Assembly: GCF_030144855.1 (NCBI RefSeq)
Contig: NW_026781175.1
Location: 248,001-312,000 of the forward strand
Direction of reading: 5' to 3'
Length of the DNA: 64,000 nt
From: Hypanus sabinus
Taxonomy: Eukaryota
Below are positions 1 through 12,660 of the stretch, in pieces. The notes under the pieces are model-generated. The model searched no databases. It had not been told where the DNA came from and was given only the letters and a program-made list of their open reading frames with translations. Each line of letters begins with the position of its first letter. Within the stretch, counting starts at the first letter, position 1. The position numbers and the translations under genes are program-made.

Positions 1-132
1 CTTACACAGAGGGCGGAGTTCAGACCTTCCCACTGGTTGTGATGAAAGAAAAGGGAGAGATCCACACAGAAACCCGGACAGAAAGGTTAACGCAGACTGT
101 TTGTTTTCCTCTTTAGGGTTGCGACATTGACC

Positions 133-729
133 CCACTCCCGCCTCTTCCCGCTGTCAGACCCGTCCTGAGCCGGTGAGAGTCAGTGTGACCCGGACTGCG
201 GCAGTCCCGCTCTACCCCGGCTCACCCGGCCCTGTCCAACTGTAATGAGTGACCACTCCCGCCTCCTCCCGCTGTCAGACCCGTCCTGAGCCGGTGAGAG
301 TTAGTGTGACCCGGACTGCGGCCGTCCCGCTCTACCCCGGCTCACCCGGCCCTGTCCATCTGTAATGAGTGACCACTCCCACCCCCTCCCGCTGTCAGAC
401 CCGTCCTGAGCCGGTGAGAGTTAGTGTGACCCGGACTGCGGCAGCCCCGCTCCACCCCGGCTCACCCGTCCCTGTCCATCTGTAATGAGTGACCACTCCC
501 GCCCCCTCCCGCTGTCAGACCCGTCCTGAGCCGGTGAGAGTTAGTGTGACCCGGACTGCGGCAGTCCCGCTCTACCCCGGCTCACCCGGCCCTGTCCATC
601 TGTAATGAGTGACCACTCCCACCCCCTCCCGCTGTCAGACCCATCCTGAGCCGGTGAGAGTTAGTGTGACCCGGACTGCGGCAGTCCTGCTCTACCCCGG
701 CTCACCCGGTCCTGTCCATCTGTAATGAG
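133..729. repeat. GC-rich minisatellite, 5 x 120 bp
   Basis: CCACTCCC...TGTAATGAG unit starts at 133, 253, 373, 493 and 613 with only a few substitutions. Confidence 0.97.
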
Positions 730-890
730 CGGCGGACACATCACAGCCGAGTGGCCTCGGGAGCAGCAGCTCAGACTCAACTCTCCGTACAAGGTGAGCA
801 CACCGGTGCAGGACCATTGTCGGTCACCCGGGAAGTCAGACTGTGATTTCCCGGGATCACACTGAACGCCGGCCGGTTACAGCATCAGAG
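725..890 (+). pseudogene. Putative first coding exon of an NLR-locus gene (MSGGHITAEWPREQQLRLNSPYK...), with one in-frame TGA
   Basis: ATG at 725. Donors AAG|GTGAGC (~793) and GAG|GTAAGT (890/891). The frame is open except for one TGA near 863 and ends in phase 1, matching the 2003-2062 exon. Confidence 0.4.
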
Positions 891-1169
891 GTAAGTGTTG
901 TCTATGATTCTGCCCAACTATTCAGGATTTAGAGCGATGCTCGGATTTGGTCAAGATCGGGAGTGAATTTAGTGGGAGAAGAGAGTCCTGACACGTTCAT
1001 GTTAACGAGTGAATTACTGTCCAAATGGATTAAGAGAAACGAAATCTTTGCCGTCAACCAAAATTACTCTCCTGGGTGATTTCTACTGAATGTGAGCAGA
1101 AAGCATTTTTCACCCCGGTAGTGACATATGAAACATCCCACGGGGCAGTGACCCGTCACAGATCTCTCT

Positions 1170-1290
1170 GAAACAAGAGTAATCAGCAGATGCTGGAAAT
1201 CCGAGCAACACACACAAAATGCTGAAGGAACTCTGCAGGCCAGGCAGCGTCTATGGAGAAAAGAACAGTCGACCTTCGAGACCCCAGCTA
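1170..1290 (-). mobile_element. Penelope-like pLTR fragment
   Basis: CAGATGCTGGAAAT...ACACAAAATGCTG..GGAACTC..CAGGCCAGGCAGC motif shared with the other PLE ends in the window. Confidence 0.75.
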
Positions 1291-1379
1291 ATGGAGTTTA
1301 CATTGCGTCATTGGTTCTGTCACTCTTCCCTGCACCACAAAGAGTTAAACTTTCGTCACGCTTGAATGACAGTGTTTTC

Positions 1380-1785
1380 ACTGGAACACTGGAATTTAGA
1401 AGGATGAGAGGGGATCTGATTGAAACATATGTGATTAAGGGATTGGACACGCTAGAGGCAGGAAACATGTTCCCGAGGCCACAAGAGGCCACAGTTTAAG
1501 GGGTAGGATGGTAGGCTATTTAGAACAGGGTTGAGGAAAAACTTTTTCACCCAGAGAGTTATGGATCTACGGAATGCTCTGCCTCAGAAGCCAATAGAGG
1601 CCAATTCTCTGGGTGTTTTCAAGAAAGAGTTAGATAGAGCTCTTAAAGACAGCGGAGTCGAGGGATATGGGGAGAGGGCAGGAACGGGTTACTGATTGCA
1701 GGTGGTCAGCCATGATCACATTGAATGGCGCTGCTGGCTCGAAGGGCCGAACGGCCTACTCCTGCACCTATTGTCTATTGTCCAT
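1380..1785 (+). mobile_element. CR1 LINE 3' fragment
   Basis: LEFRRMRGDLIETY, the ORF2 C-terminal motif, followed by a CR1-type 3' UTR ending in short ATTGTCT repeats. Confidence 0.88.
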
Positions 1786-2002
1786 TGTCTATAAAACTGC
1801 TCCTTCTGGCACCGACAAACATTCCACTCTCAAAATCAATGAGATCACATTTCATCTCCATGGAGATGTTTGTTGGAGACAGAACGTACCTTGTACAAAA
1901 GAACAGGATAGGGAGAGAACCGCTGATAAGGCTGTATGTTTAGTTAATGATTATCATCAGGAGCTGACTGAATATTAACCAGGGTGTGTTCATTACTTAC
2001 AG

Positions 2003-2062
2003 AACCCGTAACACAACCTCACTGGGACAGGGTGGTAACAGAACCTGGAGCCGCGGTACAAG
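2003..2062 (+). other. 60-nt symmetric (phase 1-1) exon, (E)PVTQPHWDRVVTEPGAAVQ(G)
   Basis: TTACTTACAG acceptor and AAG|GTAAGA donor, open in phase 1. Homologous to the small exons at ~5050-5109, 11639-11697 and 13454-13510. Confidence 0.55.
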
Positions 2063-2699
2063 GTAAGAAGCTCTATATATTGAAATATAAACATCACAAA
2101 AACTGTTAGCCACTTTTATGAACACGAATGGGGTTGATAACGTATTGTGTTGATCGATATTAGAACTGTACCGAATTGCTTTTAAATGAATTAATAATTC
2201 CTTTCGTCTAATTGAATGCATCGACTTCCTGTGCATATCCCGGGGGAAACCGGTATAGTTGGCGGTGTTATCGGAAACGCCGCACTTTCAACCGAGCTCC
2301 GAATCATCAGCAAAGGCTCGGGAGGTGTGAGCTTCCCGCATCTCGGAACTGTCCCCGGGCTACGGCTTGCAACAGCAGGAAGCTGATCCGTCCACACTCG
2401 GGGCTTTACCGATCCCCGACCGAGGATTCGCTTTGCTTATTCCGTCACTGGCGGGATCGACACTATCTGTCTACCATTTACGATATTTCGGTAGGTAGCT
2501 GCAGGGAGAGGGCGAAATTATGAGAACTACCCACTCTGCAGTTTATAGCAGGTGGTGGGGGCTGGGAGGGGTGTAAAGATGTGATGGTCCATTATATAGT
2601 CGGTTGATGAGACCTGTTGTGGATCACCAACTGCAGTGCTGTTTCCCTTCTGTCAGAAGTGTGTCGGTAGGTGGGAGATCAAAAGAAGGTTTGACAGAG

Positions 2700-3015
2700 A
2701 GACACACACAAAATGGTGGTGGAACGCAGCAGGCCTGGCAGCATCTATAGTGAGAAGCACTGTCGACGTTTCGGGCCAAGACCTTTCGTCAGGACTAACT
2801 GAAAGGAAAGATAGTAAGAGATTTGAAAGTAGGAGGGGGAGGGGAAAACGCGAAATGATAGGAGAAGACCAGAGGGCGTGGGGTGAAGCTGAGAGCCGGA
2901 AAGGTGCTTAGCTAAAGGGATACAGAGCTAGAGAAGGAAAAGGATCATGGGACGGGAGGCCAAAGGAGAAAGAAAGGGGAGCACCAGAGGGAGATGGAGA
3001 ACAGGCAGAGTAATG

Positions 3016-3054
<39 letters not shown>

Positions 3055-3106
3055 GAGGGGAAATTAAAAAAAATATATATCAGATTGTACTGAAAGCAGG
3101 CACCGC
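2700..3106 (-). mobile_element. Penelope-like element 3' end/pLTR with (GA)n tract, running into an assembly gap
   Basis: Nearly collinear with 57448-57840, which continues into GIY-YIG coding sequence. Confidence 0.85.
2761..2796 (-). ncRNA. Minimal hammerhead ribozyme motif of PLE pLTR
   Basis: Minus strand reads AGUC-CUGACGA-A-AGGUCUUGGCCC-GAAA-CGUC/GACA. It has the CUGANGA and GAAA cores, a GUC cleavage triplet and a GUC:GAC helix I. Confidence 0.7.
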
Positions 3107-3295
3107 NNNNNNNNNNNNNNNNNNNNNNNNNNNNNNNNNNNNNNNNNNNNNNNNNNNNNNNNNNNNNNNNNNNNNNNNNNNNNNNNNNNNNNNNNNNNNN
3201 NNNNNNNNNNNNNNNNNNNNNNNNNNNNNNNNNNNNNNNNNNNNNNNNNNNNNNNNNNNNNNNNNNNNNNNNNNNNNNNNNNNNNNNNNNNNNNN
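3107..3295. other. Assembly gap
   Basis: Run of N. Confidence 1.
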
Positions 3296-3639
3296 TTGGA
3301 ATGGCCTCCGTAATATTCAGCAGAAGCAGATTATTACAATTAATACTGTAATCTGTGCACTGTAATGGTCTTTGAAGGACAAGTGAGTGAGATGCTACAG
3401 GTGAGAAGCAGGATTAAGGTGCTGAGATCACAGACCAGATCGGTCACAGTAAATTCAGCATGTGAATTTGATTAAATCTCCCATCAACATCCTTTGGCTG
3501 ACAAAACACATCTAGCAAATTTAATGCTAAAGGGATTCTTCATCATTCAGTAAAGGGAAACAGCTCAGCTATTTGTAAAGTATGAGTAACAGCGAGGAAA
3601 CACAGTGACAGGAGGAAAGTAACAGACACATTAATCATA

Positions 3640-5345
3640 ATTTTATCTGATCGATCGTTACTTATTCCTAATGTGAACACTAATTTCAAGGTGAAATATA
3701 TTCTTATCTTGCTGTACTCATTAGGGTGTGGTTATTTCCAGTTTGTAATCTCGACACAGTTGCTGCCTTGCACGTTATTGTAATGGCCCCATTGTCGACA
3801 AATATTGAAGTTTGCTTTATCAAAGGGCTGACTCTGAGATCAGTGGTGCTCCAGACATTTGGGGCACAGTTAAATCTGGCGAAAGGGACTGTTCGGTGTT
3901 CAAAATCATAACTTTTCACCAGAGTTGACAGCGCCCGTCCTGCAGCTGTGCTTTTCCTATAAAATCACGGGGACCTTTGCCCTCGCCTATCGCTACGTTT
4001 ATAGTCTGAAAAATAATTGCTCCCCAAATATACAACAAATTAATGCCAAGAGAAAATCTGCAGATGCTGGAAATTCAAGCAACAAACACAAAATGCTGGA
4101 GTAACTCAGTAGGCCAAACTGTACAGAAAAGAGTACAGACGATGCTTCAGCAAGACCGGACAAAAAAAGAGATGATAGGTCAGAGCTAGAAGGAGGGGGA
4201 GGGGAGTGAGGAAGAGGCAGAAAATGATAGGTGAAACTGGAAGGCTGAGGGATGAAGTAAAGTGCTGGGAAATTGATTGGTGAGAGATGCAGGGCTGGAG
4301 AAGTGGGAATCTGATAGGAGAGGACGGAAGGCCTTGGAAAAGGAACAGTGGGGAGAAGCACCCAATGGAGGCGATGGACAGGCAAGGAGATAAAGCCAGA
4401 GAAGGAAAGGGGGATGGGGAATGGTGAGGGGAGGGGTGCTATTACCTGAAGTTTGAGAAATCGATATTCATGCTATCAGTTTAGAGGCTACCCAGACGGA
4501 ATATAAGGTGTTTCTTCTCCAGTCTGAGTGTTTCCTCATCATGGCAACTGAGGAGGCCATATATTGACATGTCAGAATGTGCATGGGAAGTAGAATTAAA
4601 ATGTCCGGCCACTGGGAGATACCGTTTTTTCTGGCGGATGGAGTGTAGGTGTTCTGGAAAGCAGTGCTGCCAAAAGGTCTCGGCCCAAAATGTCGACTGT
4701 TCTCCATAGATGCTGCCTGGCCCGCTGAGTTCCTCCAGCATTCTGAGCGTGTTGCAATGAATTAGTGTGTTGACACCAACTGAACGGAGCCGGGATGCGG
4801 GTCGCGGTTGCTCCCTGGCGCAGATCGAGTTGTGGACAGATACTGGATGCAATCTGTGTCACCGTGCACTGAGGCACAATAGGAAGCCTGGACCGAACAG
4901 CACAATATAATTATTTGCTTGAATCAGCTTTTTGTGTCATATAATGCGCTGTGGATCAGGGTGTGGAATTACATGCTGAATGATGTGAAGCCCAGGTTTA
5001 TATGTGTGTTATCAACTGAATCTTGCTCACGGTGTGTTCACTTTCTGTTTGCACCCACTAAGTTCAGGGACTCGGATTCGCTGGAACAGAAAGAGAAGCT
5101 CAGCACCAAGTACACACAGAGACCGTACTGGGTGGGGAACGTTGTGGTGTTTCAATACGTCCCTCGTCAGGAGAGGATTTCCAGTGTTTATCCTGTTCAA
5201 TATCGTCTTTAAAACTGTGTGGCATTAGGGACATGGAAGCATTTTTTTTCTGTGTGTGTGTTTTTAAGGAAAACAGACATGCATCTGGCAGTGATACTTA
5301 AAATAAAGTTTCCTGTACTAAGTTTCAGTGGGTGTTGATACAAAT
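3640..5345 (+). repeat. Duplicated module A, copy 1 (TATA-like region plus small exon), interrupted by a PLE
   Basis: Shares GGCACAGTTAAATCTGG, CAGAGTTGACAGCGCCC, GGATGCGGG and TTATCAACTGAA..TGCTCA.GGTGTGTTCAC with 10870-12660 and 12660-14390. Confidence 0.85.
4046..4757 (-). mobile_element. Penelope-like element with GIY-YIG C-terminal remnant and inverted pLTR termini
   Basis: Minus-strand ORF contains HLHSIRQKKRYLPVAGHFNSTSHAHSDMSIYGLLSCHDEETLRLEKKHLIFRLGSL. The termini are inverted copies of the pLTR. Confidence 0.9.
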
Positions 5346-6055
5346 ATCAAAGTCTGGCAGTTTAGTATGTACCTCCTGTACTTAATAAAGTAGCTGCTGA
5401 GTGTATGTTTGTGGTCTTGGACATGGCATCAAAGTTTACGGGGAGAAGGCCAGGAACTGGGATTCAGACACAGATTGAACAGAAAGGATCAGCTATAATT
5501 GAAAGGTGGAGCAGACTTGATTGGCCAGATGTCCCAATTATGATCCTATGTCTTAAGCTCTTATGGTCTTCTGCTGCTGTAACCCGTTCGCTGCCAAGTT
5601 CAAAATGTTCAGTGATCAGTGATGCTTTTCTGCACACTGCTGTTGCAGTCTGTGCTGATTATAGTTACTGTGCCCCCCACCCCCCGGTAGCTTGAATCAG
5701 TCTGGCCACTCTCCTCTGGACTCTCTCATTAACAAGGTGTTTTCCCGTATAGTACTGCCACTCATTGGATGTTTGTTTGTTTGTATTTCGCACCATTGTC
5801 TGTAAATCTAGACAGTTGTGCGTGACAATCCAAGAGAGATTCATACTACTCCGGCTGGAAACAACAATCATTCCACTGTCAAAGTCACTGAGATCACATT
5901 TTTCTCGAATCTGATGTTTGTTCTGAACAACATCTTGACATCTTGACCATCTCTGCATGTTTTCATTAAAGTAACTGAGCTGGTGCCACGTGATTTGTTG
6001 ATCAGCATTAACGAGCTGGTGTACAGGTGCACTTCAAAAAATTACCACAGAGTTT
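5345..6055 (-). mobile_element. Tc1/mariner non-autonomous remnant with a nested CR1 3' fragment (~5415-5562)
   Basis: Minus-strand peptide EKCDLSDFDSGMIV...KHLVNERVQRRVARLIQA matches the Tc1 transposase N-terminus. TIR-like GTAC.TAATAAAGT.GC..CTGAGTGTA. Confidence 0.85.
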
Positions 6056-6479
6056 ATTTCCGAATTAGTCAACCCACTCACCCTCATCCCGGGTATTATC
6101 AAGAATGAGACTAGATCTATGTATTCATTCCCCTGTTTCCCACAACTGGATGGCATAGACAAGACCGTGAGCTGAACATTGTCGTGATGACAAGGGTGGG
6201 TTAATCTTAAGGGAACATACCATCCTGAAATCTATGCATACTGATCGCGAAGTGCAAACACATTTGAACTTGGCACAGTATCGCACTTCCCTGTCACAGA
6301 CGGGATATTGAGGCTGAAAAGAGCAGCAAAAACTATTTTATCGGCGACACATGGGCATCATGGAAATGGTAATGTGCAGCACACAGAAACTTAATTCACC
6401 TCGTCAGGGGAATTGTACTGTGAGGCGATCAGGCTCAAGTGCTTTACAATTCAGAATTAACGTTGATCACTGAAGCCGT

Positions 6480-6660
6480 AGAGATGTGCTGTAGATCTGT
6501 TGTTTCAGTAGACAAATTGGAGTGGATCCAGGGCACTGTTCATACAGGAGCTGATATGCTTCAACACCAGCCCCTCAAAACACTTCACTGTGGATCTAAG
6601 TGCCACTGGGCGATAGTCATTGAGGAATTTAACCACACTCTTCTTGGGTACCGGTATGGT
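6480..6660 (-). mobile_element. Rex1/Babar LINE RT fragment
   Basis: Minus strand translates LNDYRPVAL...[11 protein letters not shown]...LDPLQF. Confidence 0.8.
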
Positions 6661-7870
6661 TTAAGTTTCAGTTCAGAGATACAAGGAGTTAGTCACCGCT
6701 GGGTTGCAGGAGGAGAGTAACTTGGTGACTGTCGGCAGAAGGAAGCGAAATGAGCAGCCAGTGCAGACAAGGCCCGTGACGTGCCCCTCTGTAATACTTA
6801 GAGTATACACCGAGCGAGAGGGATGACCTATCAGCTGGAAGCGCAACCTCTGGGTCTCTGGCTCAGAAGAGAACAGAAGTGAAGAGGTCAACAGTGGTAT
6901 AAAGATTCCATAGTCAGAGGAATAGAGAGGAGATTCTGGATGTATGTTGCCTCCCAGGTGACAGGGTCAGGGATGTCTCAGATCGGGTCCATGGCATTCT
7001 ATAGTGGGTGGGTGAGCAGCCAGATGTCTTGGTGCATACTGGCACCAATGACATGTGTAGGAAAAATGAAGGGGTTCCTGGGAGATAATATAGGAAGCTA
7101 GATAGAAAGCTGAGAAAACAGGACCTACAATGTAGTAATCTCTGTATTGCCTGCTGTGCCACGTGCCAGAGAGGTCAAGATTAAAATGATTTGGCAGTGG
7201 CTGGGGAACTGGTGCAGGAGGCAGAGGTTCAAAATATGGACGATTGGGATCTCGTCTGGGCAAGTTATGATCTGTACAAAAGGGATGAGTTACACCAGAA
7301 TCCAGGGAACCAATATCCTTGTGGGCAGGTTTTCCAAAAGGCAGTGTACAGTGATACTGCTAGAAAGGCGAGGCTGATGATAGGGCAACACTACAGTCAA
7401 TGGGATGAGCTGCAACGTACAAGGCAGACAAAATGGGCAAGGGAGAGTACAAGACTGATGGTGTTACAGTTGAAGGCGAGCAGTATACGGAATAATAGAT
7501 GAATGCAGCAAAGTTACAGATTGGCATGTATTATATTGTGGGTGTCACTGAATCGTGGCTGAAAGAATATTACAGCTGGGAGTTTAACATCCAATGATAC
7601 ACACTGTATCGAAAGGACAGACAGGTCGGCAGAAAGGGTGGCGTGATTCTTGGTGGAAATGAAAACAAATCATCAGAAAGAGGTGACATAGGGTAGGAAG
7701 GTTTTGAATCATTGTGGGTAGAGCGAGGAAACTGCAAGGGTATAAAGACCCTGATGGGGATTATATACATGTCCGACACAGTAGTAATGACATTCTCTAA
7801 AAATTCCAACGGTAGATAGAAAATGTGTGTCAGAAGGGCAATGTTACGATAGCCCTGGATATTTTAACAT
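6660..7870 (+). mobile_element. CR1 LINE ORF1 / ORF2-endonuclease fragment
   Basis: Degenerate ORF1 esterase region (CCLPG.RV.DVS, VHTGTND, NWCRRQRF) and endonuclease motifs (VTESWL, ESLWVE). Confidence 0.85.
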
Positions 7871-7879
7871 GGTAAATTC

Positions 7880-8555
7880 GGGTCGTTATGGTCTTCTATT
7901 GCCCCACTTATCACGATAGCATTTCTAGAGATTCCATCAGTTCAATATTGTCCACAAGACTGCCTGTATTTACGGATGCGTAATTTTTTAAAAAAAATTC
8001 GGTGTAATTTAGTGAGCAAAGACGGTGTATATCTGGCAGTGATAATTAAAATAATTAAATCCTGTAGTAAATCTCACTGGCAGTTTTTGAACTTATGGAC
8101 GTCTACACTGAGTGGGCAATTCTTATTTACTTCCTATACCTAATGATGAGGCTCTGAGTGTATGTTCGGAGTTTACCGCGGCTGTACCCCGTCCAAATCT
8201 GATGTTCGGCGTTCAGTGACGCTCTTCTGCACACCTGCTTTTGGAGCGCATGGCTATTTTAAGTTACTGTCAGCTTCCTGTCGGATTTAATCCGTCTGGT
8301 CAATCTCCTTGATCTCTCCCATGAGCAAGACGTTTTCACCCTCAGAACTCTGCTCCTGCTCACTGGATTTTCATTCGTTTTGTGTTCGCTGTAACCGAGC
8401 GAATTCTGCGTGAAAATCCAAGGAGATGATCAATTTCCGTAATGCTCATGCTACGCTGTCTGGCACCAGATATCATTCCACGTGAAGGTCACTGATAGCA
8501 CATTTACTCCAGGTTTGGATGTTTCGCCTGAACAACAACTGAACCCCTTGACCAT
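7880..8555 (+). repeat. Partial module A copy (downstream part) with Tc1 remnant at 8104-8555
   Basis: Collinear with 5170-5950 and 13555-13830. Confidence 0.75.
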
Positions 8556-8868
8556 NNNNNNNNNNNNNNNNNNNNNNNNNNNNNNNNNNNNNNNNNNNNN
8601 NNNNNNNNNNNNNNNNNNNNNNNNNNNNNNNNNNNNNNNNNNNNNNNNNNNNNNNNNNNNNNNNNNNNNNNNNNNNNNNNNNNNNNNNNNNNNNNNNNNN
8701 NNNNNNNNNNNNNNNNNNNNNNNNNNNNNNNNNNNNNNNNNNNNNNNNNNNNNNNNNNNNNNNNNNNNNNNNNNNNNNNNNNNNNNNNNNNNNNNNNNNN
8801 NNNNNNNNNNNNNNNNNNNNNNNNNNNNNNNNNNNNNNNNNNNNNNNNNNNNNNNNNNNNNNNNNNNN
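8556..8868. other. Assembly gap
   Basis: Run of N. Confidence 1.
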
Positions 8869-9139
8869 TTGTTTCAGTGAAGATGGATTAGAAGCTGGAA
8901 AAAGGAATTAGTGGGAATATTGGAAACTGGGCCATGTTAGATTTTATGCATATTATTCACGATTGAATATGATACATTACTGTGCTTCATTATAATACTT
9001 TATTTGATATCTTATTTTATATCATTAGCTACCTTGCCTTCATATTTCACCTTTTATAGCTTATTCTTTTTTTAATTTCCTTCTTTTGATTATTAAAAAC
9101 TCCCCGATTCTCCAGCTTGAACTATTTTTTCTATCTGGG

Positions 9140-10060
9140 GATGACATCTTAAATCAGGATGTAAATAGTCCAACAAAGCAGGAGCTGCACTGAACCTGAT
9201 GTTGGGTAATTATGCTAGCTAGATCCCCGACCATTTGGTTGGTGAATGGTTAGGGCAGAACTCCCTAAGTTTAAGTCAGCTATAGAGAATTAAAGTGTAG
9301 ACTTTGCTGGAAAGTAAGAATTGGATGACGGTAAATTTACTAATTATCTAAGCACAAACTATAGAGAGTTAATGGGAGGACATCTGTTTCTGACAAGTCC
9401 ACATCTGACATGTGGAGGATGATGTCTAAAGTCCCTCTGCATGGGGTATAGGACGGGTATATTCCTGTATGAAGAGATGAAGAGATTGGCAGCGTCAGAG
9501 AACCTTAAATGTGGAGAGAAGTGATGAATTTAGTCAATCAAGAAAAGGAAAAGTATGCAAAGCTCAGGAAGGTCGAATCAAACAGAGCCCCCGAGGATGT
9601 GTGTGAGGACTTTAATGAGTAAGTTACATCAGTATTTACCAAGGAGAAAGACACGGAGGATAGGGAGATCAGTGAGGAGAGTACTAGTATGCTCGGGCAT
9701 TTTGAAACAAAGAAGGAGACAGTTTTGGGTCTGTTAAAGTGCATTAAGGCATATAAGACTCTAGGGCCTGACGGGATATACCCCAAGTTACATGGAAAGG
9801 CCATTGAAGAGATTGCTGTGGCATTGATCAATATCCCTGTGTACTGCCTAGCCACCAGCAGGCTCCTAGAGAACTGGCAAGTACGTTATGTTGATCCGTC
9901 ATTCAAGACGTGATCCAGGGAATAATCCTGATGAACATTGAAACTGCCGAGATACAGTCGGCTATGAACTAAGTGCTGATAAATGGGACCAGTGTAGACA
10001 GTGAGTGTATGGTCAGAACAGGTATGGCCGGCCAAAGGCCTGTTTCCGTGCTGTGTGATC
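9140..10060 (+). mobile_element. Degenerate CR1 ORF2 fragments plus 3' tail
   Basis: KTLGPDGIYPKL...EEIAVAL...ENWQ motif, and GGCCAAAGGCCTGTTTCCGTGCTGT tail. Confidence 0.82.
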
Positions 10061-10589
10061 CACCACTCCGGACATGGGAAATTAACGATGGTGGCACCGC
10101 AAGGCATTGATTTCAAAACTCCACACCCCTCTCCAACCTGAAATAAACCTAACTGCACCCCTTTGTCACCACTGTGAGTATCAGTTTCAGTCAAGGTAGC
10201 AAAGAGATTGGACACGTCAGCTAAACAACTGGCAACCGATGAAGTTTCTGTGTCTTCTTCCATTAATGTTGCTGCCTTCCAGCAAAGTTAACCCTCGCAC
10301 TGTGTCAGAATCAGTGATTAAATCCGGCCCGAAACACTGTGCTTTCATCATTGCACATTGTAACTTGAACCATCTCACTGAGGGTCTAAAGGAGACACAA
10401 CCCCTGCCCTCTGCACATGTGATCACATCTCCCCTGCGTCTGACATTTCAAATACCCTCAGAATGGTTTTCTGATTCAGTCTGAAGGTTATGGTACATTC
10501 AGCTCGTTCTCAGAGCTTACAAACCCTGTCTTCCCGCTGCCTCTTCCACCTCTTTCCTCCACCTCCAGGGAAGCTGCATTTCCGTAAGA

Positions 10590-10770
10590 CCATAAGACCT
10601 CCTTCCAATCAGGCACTGATTCATCCGTGCTGGAATCTTTCCTGTAACACCGCGGGCTCGTAGCCTGCTAAGCAGCCTCGAGTGTGGCAACTTGTCACAG
10701 GCCTTTCGAAAATCCAAGTACCCAACATCAACGTATTCACCTCTCTCTCACCCACCTGTTATTTCCTCAA
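10590..10770 (-). mobile_element. CR1 RT fragment
   Basis: DFRKACDKLPHSRLLSRLRARGVTGK on the minus strand. Confidence 0.82.
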
Positions 10771-10869
10771 TATCCGAATATCTTACTACTAATTCAATAT
10801 GCCAGCAAAAACATCCGACAAATAAGAGACCCCGTGATTTTAATCTTTCGAGTTCTTCCATCACTCACT

Positions 10870-12660
10870 GATGAAAAACGGTTGACGTATGTGTAAAGTA
10901 AATGCGATGTCAGGCAAAATCACCAGCGGGAAATGTTCTAAATTTCATATGATGGCGCTGTGATCCTGCAATTTGTTTCCAGTAAGTGAACAATAAACTG
11001 AAGGAGAAGGGCATTCATATCGTGCTGTCGACTTTGAACGGTAGTTATCTCTGGGAGATAGCAATCTCGGCACAGCCGCTCCCCACTTGCCCATTACCCT
11101 AATGGTACAACAGCGCACAGCTGTTAAGGATAACTTTTAAATTAGCCAACTTAAAATCAGAGCAGGTCCAGGTTACGGGAGCACAGTTAAATCTGGAGAA
11201 AGGGAATGTCCGCTGATCAAAAGAGGATATTATTCAAAATGCATAATATTCCATCAGAGTGGAGAGCGCCCTCCCTTCTGAGGTCTCTCTGCAATAAACC
11301 CACAGCGATCTTTGCCCTGAGCTGTTGCTGGAGTTTATAATCTGACAATAAACTGGTCCCGAGGTGAATAATAAATCAAAGCGACGGCACCAACAGAACG
11401 GAACCAGGATGCGGGTTATGATTCCTCTCTGGAGGTGGTAAAATGTCGCGCACTGAAGTACTAATTCTGATTCGGACCACAAGTTAGAAAGACTCATTGA
11501 AGCAAGGTGAGTTTTTGTGTGGTTTAACACAAGCGTTGTGGAACAGGGTGTGGCGTTACATGCTGAATAGGGCGACGTTCAGGTTTATGAGCGTGTTATC
11601 AACTGAACATTGCTCAGGGTGTGTTCACTTACTGTTAGTGTCCATAAAATTCAGATGCTCGGATTCCCAGAAACCAGACCCGGGTGTTCTACATCAGGTA
11701 GGAACATGGACTGTATTCGGCGGTGTTATAGAGCTTTAATAAGTCCACTTGTAAAGGCAATATTTCTAATGTTTCTACCATATAAAAAATGGAGGGTTAT
11801 GGGGTAGTGTGGGTTTAGTACTTTTTTAAGGATTACATGAGTCGGCAAAACGTGGAGGGCTGAAGGGCCTGTACTTTGCTGTAGTGGTGGTGTTCTTTTG
11901 TTCTATCAATATTATCATTGAAATCGCGCGGCTTTACGGATGTGGGTGCTCGATTATTCTGTATATGTTGTATTTCATAAGGATGACGAGGTACATCCGG
12001 CAGTGATATTTATATTAACAGATATTGTGGTAATTCTCACTGGCTGTAGATAAAAATAGCAAATTTTACACTCATTGGGCACTTTACTATGAACGCCCTG
12101 CACCTAATAATGTGACCGCTGAGTGCATGTCAGGGGCGCTTCCGCTGCGATTGCCCGTCCGCTTCAACACTGACCACTGCGCTGTATTCGCTGGCATTCG
12201 ACTAAGACGGGGAGTTGGTTGCATTCGCTGTTATTTAGGAGGTGAGGAGATTTTTTTTCCACTGGTCGTTAGATCCTTTGAGTTGAGCCCTTGCCGGGGA
12301 CATTGAATATCACGTGGAGTCTAGAGAGGAATGTGGAGAACACCTTTGCTACTGTAGGGGGAGCTGAAACAAGTGAAGATAGATTAGGTTATTTTTCTGA
12401 GCTGGAACTAGTCTCTTTGAAATTCTCTTCCACAAAGGAAAAGAGAAGCAGAGCTTTCTTTCAATGTGTTTAATTCCGCCGAACACAGATTCTGGACAGA
12501 CAAGGGAGTGAAGAGTTGCAGACGGTCGCAGGGATGTGTCACTGAGATCACAGTCCTGCTATGTCCTGCTGAGAATGGCGGAAAAGGACTAACGGGCCGA
12601 ATGCCCTGTTACTAATTCAACATACCAGCAGCACATTCTGAGAGATCAGAGACAAAGTGA
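10870..12660 (+). repeat. Duplicated module A, copy 2
   Basis: Tandem with copy 3 (period ~1.8 kb). Donor CAAG|GTGAGT at ~11507, small exon ending CAG|GTAGGA at 11697. Confidence 0.9.

Noticed and set aside
133-729. CRISPR-like array
   Set aside because: Whole 120-bp units repeat with no unique spacers, there are no cas genes, and the context is vertebrate.
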